Assembly (NCBI GenBank): GCA_009914755.4
Contig: CP068257.2
Location: forward strand, 32,928,001 to 32,992,000
Origin: the human T2T-CHM13v2.0 reference genome, Homo sapiens
DNA: 64,000 nt
Reading direction: 5' to 3'
Shown here: positions 14,801 to 27,612 of the stretch, in pieces
Numbering within the stretch: the first letter of the stretch is position 1
How the letters are laid out: each line of letters opens with the position of its first letter
Made by a program: the position numbers and the translations under genes
The notes under the pieces: model-generated
Databases searched by the model: none
What the model saw: only the letters and a program-made list of their open reading frames with translations
What the model was told of the DNA's origin: nothing

Positions 14801-15461
14801 CATTCTAGGATAGATGCAGGCAGCCCATGAAAGTCCCAGGGAAAGAAGTCCACACTGGGAGGGGCTAAAAGCTTCGGACAGGTGGCTAATTCTAAAGTTC
14901 CTTCTGTGAACTGCTCCACATAAGCAAAGCAACCTAGACTTCCCTAAGAATTTGAAAGCAGGATCTTACTTTATCATTTTTCCATCTTTTACGCTTAGAA
15001 CAAAGAAGTAACAAAGAATAAGAATAAAAATCAAGGAGAAAGAACAGAGGCAAACAATAGTGCCCATACTGATACTTATTTTAAGATTGTTGATTTTTGT
15101 GGGACATCCATTTCCTGGAAAACTTTACAAAAGAGGATTGTTGTAAAGTTCTAAATGATGAAGACAGGGCTTTATAACGGAAACCATTTCTCAATTCTTT
15201 AATAATTTTAATACTTAATAATTAGCACCAGAAGAAAATTTGGTTGAAGTGATGACAAAAAGAAAATCATGTGTGAAAAATTGGAAATATTGACATGATT
15301 TCACAAAGACATCAGAAGAATGATACATTTGTGCAGGAAGTACAGTAAGAGCCTGGGGGAAGCTAAATGGAAAATTAGTGGTCAAATAAAGAAACAAAAG
15401 AGAGCAATGTCCAGTAAGGCCATTCTGACTATAAAGCCATTCTGACTATACTCTTACAAAC

Positions 15462-15840
15462 TGATGTGATTTGGCTCTGTGTCCCCACCCAAATCTCACC
15501 ATGAATTGTAATCTCCATAATCCCCACATGTCAAGGGTGGGACCAGGTGGAGGTAATTGGATCATGGGGGTGGTTTCCCTCATCCTGTTCTGGTGATAAT
15601 GAGTGAGTTTCAGGGGATCCGATGATTTTATAAGTGCCTATCATTTCCCCTGCTTGCACTCACTCCATCCTGCCGCCCTGTGAAGAAGGTTGCCTGCTTC
15701 TCCTTTGCCTTCCTCCATGATTGTAAGTTTCCTGAGGCCTCCCCAGCAATGCAGACTGTGAGTCAATTAAACCTCTTTCCTTTATAAATTACCCTCTCTA
15801 GGGTAGTTCTTTATAGCAGCATGAGAATGGACTAATTCAC
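15462..15840 (+). mobile_element. THE1/MST-type (ERVL-MaLR) solo LTR
   Basis: 'tgatgtgatttggctctgtgtccccacccaaatctcaccatgaattgtaatctccataatcccc...ggtggaggtaattggatcatgggggtggtttccc....ccctctctagggtagttctttatagcagcatgagaatggactaat'. Confidence 0.8.
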
Positions 15841-17204
15841 AAACTAGTGCTGTGTTGACATCATGATCAGAGTAAATACGGGATAAAAGTTCCCAAGCTA
15901 TGCAACTTTCTCCAGCAGGAGAAACTTTTTTTTGGGCAAGTGGTTACTTTAAAACTTTATTTTTAGTACAAGGGAAAATGATCCCAAAAGTGTATTTGTA
16001 AGCTATGGTTTGACTATTTTTGATGTCAGGAACTGTGATTCACCTACAATATCCAACTTATTTTAAATATTATTCTAATGCTCTCTACCTAAACAAAAAT
16101 ACATTTGAAATAGTGAAATCTTTCTCCAAGAGTTAAAAATACTGGAGCTAGTTTTGCTTGGCTGGTCTGAAATACTTGAAAGCAGAACTGCAAGAACTAG
16201 CACTTTCTGGAAAGTGTTGACCTCTTTCTGGATAATTTTATAAAGAAGTTAGCTACCTCAGTAAACTGTTTATGAAAAAAAGAGAAGCTAAACATGAATC
16301 CATGCACAGTGTCAATGCTTTTGATACTGAATTCTAACTCAAGACCTGAATTTTAACTCAAGAATATTCCGTCAATATTGGCCCGACGTTCAGGGCCACG
16401 GTGGTCCCACAGCTGAGGACAGCTGGAGCACGCTGGGCTGCTCCTGCCCACTGCAATTTTCTATAGGCTCACAGGATTGAGGGATTTGGTTCCTTAAAAG
16501 GCTCCAGATCCTATCCCTTCTCATTCGGAGACTACCCAGAAAATCCCTGGTCATTTATCACTGCAGTGCACTGGTGCCACACTCAATTACATTTCCTTCC
16601 ATGTGACTGCATTAACCAGAGTGGGGCACTCCCAGATCTGCCCCATACTTTCTGTGAGGTCATACTGAACAAGCACTTCAAGAAAATCTGACTGAATGCT
16701 CCATGAATTCCATTATGAAGGCATATAAAACAATCATCTTGCTCCATTTCCCTCAGGGGCAATTTCTTAAGGCTACGTTTTGGCCAGAAGTCAATAAAGA
16801 CTTCATGGAGCACCGATTTACTCTGCAGTGACATCTTTTGGTACATTCTTACGCTCCTGGAAAATCAAACACTCTATATTCCATGACTTCCCCAAATATT
16901 CTGCTCCATTGGTCATCACTGATTAGATGCCTGCCATGTGCCAGGCATTCCCAGGAAAGCGTATTTCCATGGTGGCATATGAATAAAGCCAGGTGACAAA
17001 TGCTGTGGGCAAGGGGAGCATGCACAGAGGGTCCCCGAGGAGTGATGTGGGAGAGCAGAGGCGACATGGGTGGTGCCACCTCAGTCCCTCTTCCCAAGGT
17101 GCTCTCACTCACCTGAAACTTATCCTAGACTTTGAAAGTCTAGAATACTTTCAAAAGGACACTTTCACATCAACTCAGGCAAATGCAAAAGTTAAATTCT
17201 CCAT

Positions 17205-17410
17205 TGTCAACGGTGGTATCAGGGCTCTGGGCTACCCAGGATCAAATCCCAGATTCGCTCAGCCCTCGCCACCTTTGGTAAGTTATTTGATCTCCATGTA
17301 CTTTAGTTTTCTCATCCATAAAATACAATAATAATACCATGGTACCTAGCTTGTGCAGTGGTGATGAGGATTCAATGAGATAGGTGTAAAATGCTCATGG
17401 TACCCAGTGA
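17205..17410 (+). mobile_element. MIR SINE fragment
   Basis: Core 'gggctctgggctacccaggatcaaatcccagattcgctcagccctcgccacctttggtaagttatttgatctc...tttagttttctcatccataaaat...ataataccatggtacctagcttgtgcagtggtgatgaggattcaatgagataggtgtaaaatgctc'. Confidence 0.7.
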
Positions 17411-18183
17411 TATTATAATAACGCACAGTAGGATATTCTTATCTACGATAATCAGAGATCCTATTCATGTTGCATCCATGGCAACCTGCTGCCACCAGCA
17501 CGCCATCAGCTTATCTTATTAAGTTGCCTATTTTGTTCCTCTTCATTTCCACCTTTGTTTGACACACAGAACAGGGACTCTTCCATAAACAAACCTTTTA
17601 ACTTCCCCTTACCTCCACACGCACACCATTGCCATCAGTATTGATTGTGGTGTCCGCTGTTTTCAGGGTAAAGGAACATGGGGAGACAAAGACCCCAACT
17701 TGTTAGAACTAACATCTAAAGCAGAAAGCCAGTTCTCTCACTTTAGCCACCAGAAACCTGAGAACACACAGTAAAATCTAGCATAAAACTCAACTTGGGG
17801 CCAATCTGACAGAATATTTTTGAGTTAAAATTTAGGGTTTATTGATGTGGACACTGAAAAGTAATCCAACCTTTCTGGAAAACCATTTGACAAAATGCAA
17901 TCATATTTATAAAGGGTCCGTAGTCTTGAGAGTTGGTAATTCCATTTGGGGAAATTATTCCTACATTAAAAAAGATAAGTTGTATAAAGATGTTTAAGTC
18001 TGCTGTTTATGACAGAAAAAACATGTGGGGAAATGAAGAAACAGCTACCGTTCACTCAGCAGAGTGCTGGTTTATCAGCACCAAGGGCAGGGAAGCATGA
18101 AAAGGCTTCCAGAACTGCATTGAACTTAGCATGGCTGAAGCCCATGGGGTAGGGCAGTGTATTAGTCCATTCTCACACTGCTA

Positions 18184-18554
<371 letters not shown>

Positions 18555-19491
18555 AACTACCCGACATTGGGTAGTTTATAAAGGAAGAGGTTTAATCAAC
18601 TCACAGTTCCGCATGGCTGGGGAGGCCTCAGGAACCTTACAATCATCGTGGAAGGCACCCTTCACAGGGTGAAAGAAGAGAGAATGAGTGCCAGCAGGGG
18701 AAATGCCAGACACTTTATAAAACCATCAGATCTCAGGAGACTCACTATCACAAGAACAGCATGGGGGAAACCGTCCCCACGATCTGACCACCTCCACCTG
18801 GTCCCCACCCTTGACATGTGGGCATTATGGGGATTACAATTCAAGATGAGATTTCGGGTGGGGACACAGCAAACCATATCAGGCGGGGGGATCACAGGGC
18901 AGGAAATGAATAAGAAATGAAGCTGGAGAGGCAGGCAGGGGCCAGATCCGTTGGTGGAGGAACCCGGAAACTGTCCCATAAGAACTGTGAGACTGCCAGA
19001 AGGAAGGAATGCAGCCAGGCTGCGATTTGGGGGAAGACTGCCCTGGGCCGCCCAGAGCCTGATGTGAAAGGAGACTGGGGAAAGGAGAGAACAGGGAGGC
19101 AGGGACAGACAGCCAGGGTAGCAAGGAGGGCCAGGCCAGTGAATAAGAGTGGAATAGCAACACAGCGGAGAGTCACAACCACATGAAATGTGGGTTGTGA
19201 TCACTGGAAAAAATTTAAAGTAAAGCTGAAGTAATGTAAGTTGGATACAATATTCATTAATTATTTTTCTATGAAGTTTATAAAAGCCTCATAACTATAA
19301 ATATACATATTTATATTTTAAAATCCTGGGCTTGACCTCTGCTTGTCATCTAAGATAGTGCTACCCAATATGTGATCAGTGGGGAGGGGCCAACATGTCA
19401 TGAGGGAAAACCAGAAAAAGAGAATTAGCCTTTAAAACCTTTAAATTTATCAGAAAACTTGTATGACTGTTGGAACTAATAAGAAAAAGCT

Positions 19492-19790
19492 GACCGGGTG
19501 TGGTGGCTCACACCTGGAATCCCAGTGCTTCGGGAGGCCAAGACAGTAGGATTGCTTGGGCCCAGGAGTTAAAGACCAGCCTGGGCAACAAGTGAGACCC
19601 CATCTCTACCCAAAATTAAACAAACAAACAAACAAAACCAGTCAGGCATGGTGGCGTGCACCTGTGCCCAGCTACTGGGGAAGATTGCTTGAGCCCAGGA
19701 AGTCAAAGTCAACAAGTGAGCCGTGATGGTGTCACTGCAATCTAGCCTGGGCAACAGAGTGAGACCTTGTCTGAAAAAGAAAAGAAAAAG
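19492..19790 (+). mobile_element. Alu (old, AluJ-like) with a (CAAA)n in its linker; TSD 'agaaaaagct'
   Basis: 'gaccgggtgtggtggctcacacctggaatcccagtgcttcgggaggccaagacagtaggattgcttgggcccaggagtt...gtcactgcaatctagcctgggcaacagagtgagaccttgtctgaaaaagaaaag'. The flanks repeat 'aagaaaaagct'. Confidence 0.85.
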
Positions 19791-21207
19791 CTAAGGCTTG
19801 TATTCCATGTCTCTTTTTGTTCCACTTCATTCTTCTAGTAATTCACTTTTATCATATTATGTTTATCCGTTGGCAACAGGTTGGAAATTTAAACAAAAAC
19901 CAGGTTTCCCTGGTAGATAGTTTGAGAAGTGCTAACTAAAGACATCACATTCCTGCTGGGCTTTCAGGGCTTGGCAGTGCACAGAGGGCAGCCTGCTCCA
20001 GCTCACACTCTGTGGCAATGTCACCTATCCTATCCCGTGCCCTCAAATGGGGGCTACTGCTCCACTGACACGCTGGTTGGGAAGGTGAGGGCGCTGCAGC
20101 TGAAACAGCTGTATTACACAGGAGTACAGCCATAACTGAGGAAGATGCTTCTTTAATAACCACTTATATGAGTGTGTGTGTATATGTATTGAACAAACTG
20201 TTCAACAGATGGGAAAACATGGCCTACACAAGAAATGGTGCCACTACATAGCCCCAGAACCCTTTCCTGACCAACACATTCATTTTTTGTCATTTTAAAA
20301 GGCAGTATTAGGTGAATTCAATGAGCCTCCTTCTATGTGTGCTCGGCAAAACGTGTGGCTTACATAACTAGCACAAAGAGCTGGTATACCTTGTGATATA
20401 ATACACTTCACAGTATCTCTTTCCCAGCGACCATGTATACACATTTGCCTGAAGCTCTGCAAGGGCGGAGCTCACACCTGGGTTTTGCTCCCCAATGTGT
20501 GTGTGTTCGTGTGAACCATCTACCAGGTGTCGGGGCTGGAGACTACGTTCACGCAGGAACACTTTCCGTCACCTGCTGAACCTGCTACGTCTCTGGAATG
20601 TACTACACAACAGTACAGCAGAAGTGGAGATATTTCTGGCCTAAGGGAAAGGGGCACTACTTCAGAGCTGCATAAAGATGAAATGGGCTGTCTAGGGACA
20701 GAGGAAGCTGCCTTTTCCTGCGAGTAGGTAGAGGACGGGCAACCATGTGGCATGTGGCTGGGCAGTCCAGCCCCAGAGTGGAGTGCTTCTGGGCAAATGA
20801 CTCCCAGAGTCTTCTCCTAATCCAGGGTCTCCAAATTCTGTGCGAACCCCAGATCCACTCAATATTCCAGGACTAGGGTCTGCGGCAGGTTACCCTTCCT
20901 GAACAAATGGCCACTAACATTCCCTGAGTCCACATGGCTGAAAGTTACACTTCATGGCAACAAACTGTAAATAAAATATGTTCCATTTTCCTTCCTTGAA
21001 AAAAAATGTGGTCACAGTGACCTGGAAGGCCACATTCAAATTTAGGATTCTCAGCTCCCTGGAGTCCCTCACTGGAATGGACAAAGAATGGAGAGTGGGA
21101 CCAGGCCTCACCTGAAGACCCAGGCCTTACCTGAAAAAAAGGGGCAGAGGAGGGGTCAGAAGCACACCAAGCAAACTCACTTCACTGTTCTCTGACCTGA
21201 TGGTTTT

Positions 21208-21619
21208 TGTGTTGGTCCCTGCTGTGTTGCTCTCAGGGAATACCCGAGACTGTGTAATGTATAAAGAAAAGAGGTTTACTTAGCTCATGGTTCTGCAGGC
21301 TGTACAAGCACGCACCAGCTCTGCTCGGCTTCTGGTGTGGCCTCAGGAAGCTTCTACTCATGGTGGAAGGTGAAGGGGGAGCAGGCGTGTCACATGGCAA
21401 GAGAAAGAGCGAGAGAGGAGGAGGTGCCAGGCTCCTTTAACCAACCAGCTCTTCTGTGAACTCATAGAGTAAGAACTCAACTCACTACTGCAAGAACAGC
21501 ACCCAGCCGTTCATGAGGGATCTACCCCCTTGACCCAAACATCTCCCACCAGGCCTCCCTCCAACACTGGGGATCACATTTCAACATGACATTTGGAGGG
21601 GACAAACATCCAAACTACA
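21208..21619 (-). mobile_element. ERVL-MaLR-type solo LTR (MST/MLT-like; a different subfamily from the copy at 18158)
   Basis: 'tgtgttggtccctgctgtgttgctctcagggaatacccgagactgtgtaatgtataaagaaaagaggtttacttagctcatggttctgcaggctg...atctcccaccaggcctccctccaacactggggatcacatttcaacatgacatttggaggggacaaacatccaaactaca'. Confidence 0.7.
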
Positions 21620-21725
21620 CCAGCTTTAAACTAACAAACTTGATCAATGGTACTGCTTTGCCTCCCACCTCCCCACCCCCTAAATCCTGCTGTGGTTCTA
21701 TGTAAAATTTCAAACTTTTGTGTAG

Positions 21726-22147
<422 letters not shown>

Positions 22148-23385
22148 AAAGAAACTCCTGAATACTTCGAAAGTTGAGAACACAAGCTCTAAGAGGCATA
22201 CTTCTGTTAGAAAAAAAATAATTCACCACTCATGCTAATCTGAAATCTATTTTCAAATTCAGAACTTCGGTCTAGTTACTGACTGGGAAGGTGCCAAGGT
22301 TCTACCTACACCTAAGAAGTCCCTAGCAGCACGGGCGCCACTGGAATTTCCCACTTGTCGCTGCTGTTGATGCAAGGAAATCGCAACATAAGAGGAAAAT
22401 GGGGTTGGAGCCACGAGGCTTGCTTTTGCCACTTATCTTCCAGAGTTCATTCTGCTACATGGACAGAAGATAACTGGAGTGAAATAGATATTTCCCTATG
22501 TTCCTTCTGCATTTGGTTGGTCAATGTCAAAGTAAGGACCAAATTCCATCTGATAGCTAAGCGCACAGAAGGGGCTCGGCTCTGGGAGCAGTGAGGGTGT
22601 TGGCGGATCTGTATGGCAATACTCTTAAGACAGCTTCCACCAGGATGTGAGCCTCCTGCTTGGGACCTCTGCCCCAGCTTTCATAGCATGCCATGGTCCC
22701 TTTAGAAGGAAGCCCGAAGTGCACATTGAAAGCTGACCTCTGCTTCATTCAGCACTGCAGCTGCCTGGGGCCACTTCCACTGACCTCATCAGCCCCTACA
22801 ATCGGAATTCAGCCTTGAAATCTAGACACTTTTTTGTGCTCATGTTAGAAAAAGGAACTAAAAGTGCTCTACCTTTGATGCAAATCTCCCCCCTGCCTCC
22901 CACAAATCCAACACAGGACCTTGCTATATATAATTAGATGAGCTGGCAAGAGCTTGACCTCAAATGTTTTTTTAACTTTTCAGTTAACTTTGAGAATTTG
23001 GTTTTCCAACTTCACAATGAAGTGAGCTTGTAACTTTGAGTCTAGAAAGTGTGTTTGTTGGCGAGATGGCAGCGATGCCCGGAGTCACGGTGTGTTTGTG
23101 CCACCTTGGTTCCCTGTGTTTACAGCAGAATGAGCTCTTAGAGGGCTCTCCTTACATCCACTGGAGGAATTGCATGCTAATCATACGTGAAGGAGGTCTT
23201 TAAGAAGAAAGGAGCCTTGCTTCTCTGAGGAATCATACTCATGAATTGCTGGGGCAGAACCAGCAGGCAGCGTGCACTTGGGCCTGCTTTCCAGTAGCTC
23301 TGAGAAGGCCCAGAGCCATTTCAAGTCTGATTTCATTTCATCCCTTTTTTCTTCAATGTCTTCCTTTCTGCAAGATCTTTCTTAG

Positions 23386-23739
23386 TGTATTAGTCTGTTT
23401 TCACGTTGCTGATAAAGATATACCCAAGACTGGGAAGAAAAAGAAGTTTAATTGGACTTACAGTTCCACATGGCTGGGGAGGCCTCAGAATCATGGTGAG
23501 AGACAAAAGGCGCTTCTTACATGGCGGCGGCAAAGGAAAATGAGGAAGAAACAAAAGTGAAACCTCTGATAAACCCATCAGATCTTGTGAGACTTATTCA
23601 CTACCATGAGAAAAGCATGGGGGACACCGCCCCCAGGATTCAAATGATCTCCCACCAGGTCCCTCCCACAACATGTGGGAATTATGGGAGTACAATTCAA
23701 TAGGAGATTTGAGTGGGGACAAAGAGCCAAACCATATCA
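23386..23739 (-). mobile_element. THE1-type (ERVL-MaLR) solo LTR
   Basis: 'tgtattagtctgttttcacgttgctgataaagatatacccaagactggg...tacagttccacatggctggggaggcctcagaatcatggtgagag...ggtccctcccacaacatgtgggaattatgggagtacaattcaataggagatttgagtggggacaaagagccaaaccatatca'. Confidence 0.8.
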
Positions 23740-24235
23740 CTTAGTGTGTAAATTTTAGAGTAGCCTCTGAGCAGTATTATTTAGTCACACTATAGGTTGC
23801 ATAGGTTTCTGTGGGCTTGAGAATACAGTATTGTCTCTGTGGAAAATGCCTTCCAGCACTAAACAGCAAGTGCAGAGAGAGAATTTTTTTAGACTATAGC
23901 TTATTTTTGAAGTTGGAAGAATTGCTATATAGGAATCACCATAAATCCTAAAAGACTGGGCCTCAAATAAGAGCCTTTTTCTTTTATCTCAAAATAATTT
24001 AATACAAATACTAACAAACGCACCTTTCTTCCATGGTGATGTTTTATGTGTTACCATATCCTAGATTAGAAACCCACTTATGATAGCATCTATGAGCTCA
24101 GACAGAAAGGCAGGGCCTGTCCTTCCTCCACCTGCCTACCCTGGAGTCACTGCCAGAGGCTAAGGTGGAGAAATCACTGTGGCAGAGCTTTCAGGATGGA
24201 GTGCCTGATGGGATACAGGGGAGGAACAACTGGAG

Positions 24236-24271
24236 AGAAAAGGAAGGAAAAGGAAGGAAAAAGCGACTCAC
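24236..24271. repeat. (GGAAGGAAAA)n short tandem repeat
   Basis: 'ggaaggaaaaggaaggaaaaggaaggaaaaag'. Confidence 0.85.
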
Positions 24272-24339
24272 AATTTAAGCACATCCTGTGTGCCAGCAAC
24301 TGTGCTAGGTGTTTATATATATCATCTTAAATTTCTTAT

Positions 24340-24500
24340 CTTGGCTCTGAGGTAGGTGTTATTTACATTTTACAGATGAGGAAATAATCTCATGTCATAA
24401 TCTCAAACAATAAAGAATTCAAGACTTTGCCCAGGGACACTGATTAATTCCTTCCCGGATCCAGTCTTTGAATGCAGAGACCACAGGGCTCACAAGATCC
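24340..24500 (-). mobile_element. MIR SINE fragment
   Basis: 'ggtgttatttacattttacagatgaggaaataa...ttgcccagggacac' is the MIR core in reverse orientation. Confidence 0.55.
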
Positions 24501-25216
24501 ACTCAAGGGGCTTCGGGTGGGGTTTGGTAGAGGCAAAGGGGCTGGAGGAAGGGAGGTGAAGGTAGTGGTGGGCCTGCCCATGGCTTCTTCTGGAAGCTGG
24601 TGGCACAGCCCAACTACAGACTAAAGTTGAAGGACAGACGGGAGGGCCCAGGCCCAAGCTCCCTGGGGTAGCTGAAGGACCCTAAATCCCTATATAAATG
24701 CAGTGTTCAATAAGTGTAGTAACTGTAGAGATTTTTTTTAAAAACCATCCAGTCTAGAAAATTCTAGATAGTGAAAAAGGGCCTTTCCTTTCTAAAGATG
24801 TAGAGGTTAAAAACTGTTATAGGTAAAATATGATCTGGAGAAAATAAGAGAACTAGACAAGTAAGGGAATAATAATTAAGAAAAAAGAAAGAAGGAGCTT
24901 TTTAAGCACAAGGATTCTCAAAAAGACTAGAGTGATTTGCTTCTGCATATAGCTTTCGTTACTTACCAGTGGTGTAAGAGGTCTGGTAAATATGGAAAAA
25001 ACATCCTAAGAACAGGATGTAAATGACAACCTCTTAGGCAATATGAGTTAAGATTATAAAGCAGCATGACTGACGTCTTGAATTAGTGGTCTACCACTGA
25101 AACACGTGGAGCATGTTTTCCACATATCCATGCTGAGTGGCTCAAAACTCTTTTTGCCTTCATCTAGAACACTTTTTTCTGCTGATACATCTCTGTCTTG
25201 TGATGATAGTGGACTC

Positions 25217-25233
25217 TTTTTTTTTTTTTTTTG
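25217..25233. repeat. poly(T) tract
   Basis: T17 run. Confidence 0.9.
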
Positions 25234-25577
25234 GAACACTCAAAACCAAAATATGATACATGAAGTGCACAATCAACCCAGTAACACTACGATAAACCAA
25301 AAATAGAATGTGACCAGAATCCACATCTAATTTTCTCAAGTGAACTTGCTCCAAATACAATTTAAAAGAGCTACAAACTGCTTTTAGCACAGTGCTAGAA
25401 TATCCTTTTTTTATAGAAATTTACATGACTTAGGATAAAATATATTTTTTAAAAAATTCTTTCCCCAATCATTGACTCAAGCAAGTTGCAAACTTTAACA
25501 AAAATTCACAAAAATTAACCATGATGAAGAAGAGTAAAAAGGATCTGTTCTTAGAGGGGAGTTCCTTTATAAACAAA

Positions 25578-25953
<376 letters not shown>

Positions 25954-26142
25954 TTATCCTGAAAAAAAGTTACCACTTAAAATCAATTAAATACATTTTA
26001 CAAAATTTAAACTTGTATCTACCTCTTCAACAGAAGTATTGTGTTAAAATATTAATGTATTTTTAATTAAAGAGAGCAAATTTCCCTAACAGTGTCAATC
26101 AGTTTGTTTTAAATTAGAACTGTACACAGAATACAGATAAAA

Positions 26143-26454
<312 letters not shown>

Positions 26455-27241
26455 TAGACAATTTACTTATTGTTGTAAATTACAACAAATGCTTTTACTT
26501 GCATGCCTATCAAAGACCTAATTTAATCACCACTAGTGTAATTGGTTTACCAAGAAACTGTGGAAAATGATCATCCTATTTCAAGAAGAGCTCCCTTTTA
26601 TCATTAAGGAGACACAGTACCCAGTTGTTCCAAAGACGGTAGGATGGAAAATCTGCAGAATTCACCTTCACCTTCTCTGAAGCAAACACAGAAAATCAGT
26701 GGGACCAGAATACAAACAGTTAACCCACTATGGCCCAGGGATTTCGCAAGAGGTCAAGGTAAAAAGTCCTCGAATTAAAAATTCCAGGAGATGGCTCCCT
26801 CTGCCCAATGAGGACTAGGTTGTCCGAGGGCTGGACTCATCCACATGCCTTTTGGGTCCCGGACCCACTGCTTCTCCAGTGGCAGGCAGAAGATCACAGA
26901 ATACTGGAGGCGCCTGTAGCTCCGACACCATGTGCCCTCTTTCTGGCTCAGTTCCATTAACTGTAAAATAAGGGACATCCTGGGGCTGGTGGAGGTGGCA
27001 CAGGGGGTGACTAGGAGCTAATCAGGGGGCCCCAGGGTGGACCCCTACTTCATGAGGGGCTGCTCCACTTTGCTGTTTTATGTGTTGGAGTTCAGTGAAA
27101 GAATTCACTTATAAAGATCTGACATTCAGAACAACAACAACAAAATAAAATGAAACTGTTTCAAAACCACTGAGCTTGACCATCTCTAAGGTTTCTTCCA
27201 GTCTCAACATTCTAAAGTCCATGAAAAAGGGTGAATTTGGC

Positions 27242-27612
27242 TGTATTAGTCCGGTCTCACACTGCTACAAAGAACTACCCAAGACTGGGTAATTTATGAA
27301 GAAAAGAGGTTGAATGGACTCACGGTTCCACAGGCTGTACAGGAAGCATGGCTGGAAAGGTCTCAGGAAATGTATAATCATGGCAGAAGGGCAAAAGAGA
27401 AGCAAGCATGTCTTCACATGACAGCAGGAGAGAGACAGTGAAAGGGGAGATGCTATACACTCTTAAACAACCAGATCTCAAAAGAACTCATTATCACAAG
27501 AATAGCAAGGGGGGAATCTACCCCCATGATCCAGTCACCTCCCACCAGGCCCAACACTGGGGATTACAATTCAACATGAGATTTGGATGGGGACACAGAG
27601 CCAAACCATATC
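27242..27612 (-). mobile_element. MST-type (ERVL-MaLR) solo LTR
   Basis: 'tgtattagtccggtctcacactgctacaaagaactacccaagactgggtaatttatgaagaaaagaggttgaatggactcacggttccacaggctgtacaggaagcatggctgg...cccaacactggggattacaattcaacatgagatttggatggggacacagagccaaaccatatc'. Confidence 0.8.

Noticed and set aside
15409-15455. 17-bp direct duplication 'aggccattctgactataa/agccattctgactata' just upstream of the THE1 LTR at 15462, considered as a target-site duplication.
   Set aside because: Both copies are on the same side of the LTR, and MaLR TSDs are about 5 bp. It is more likely a small slippage duplication.
18662-19204. 180-codon minus-strand ORF with overlapping 94-, 96- and 89-codon ORFs.
   Set aside because: Four mutually overlapping ORFs on both strands in one purine/pyrimidine-skewed (G/A-rich) stretch indicate a compositional artefact. 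The Pro/Leu/Ser-rich product has no similarity I recognise, and it directly abuts an MST LTR.
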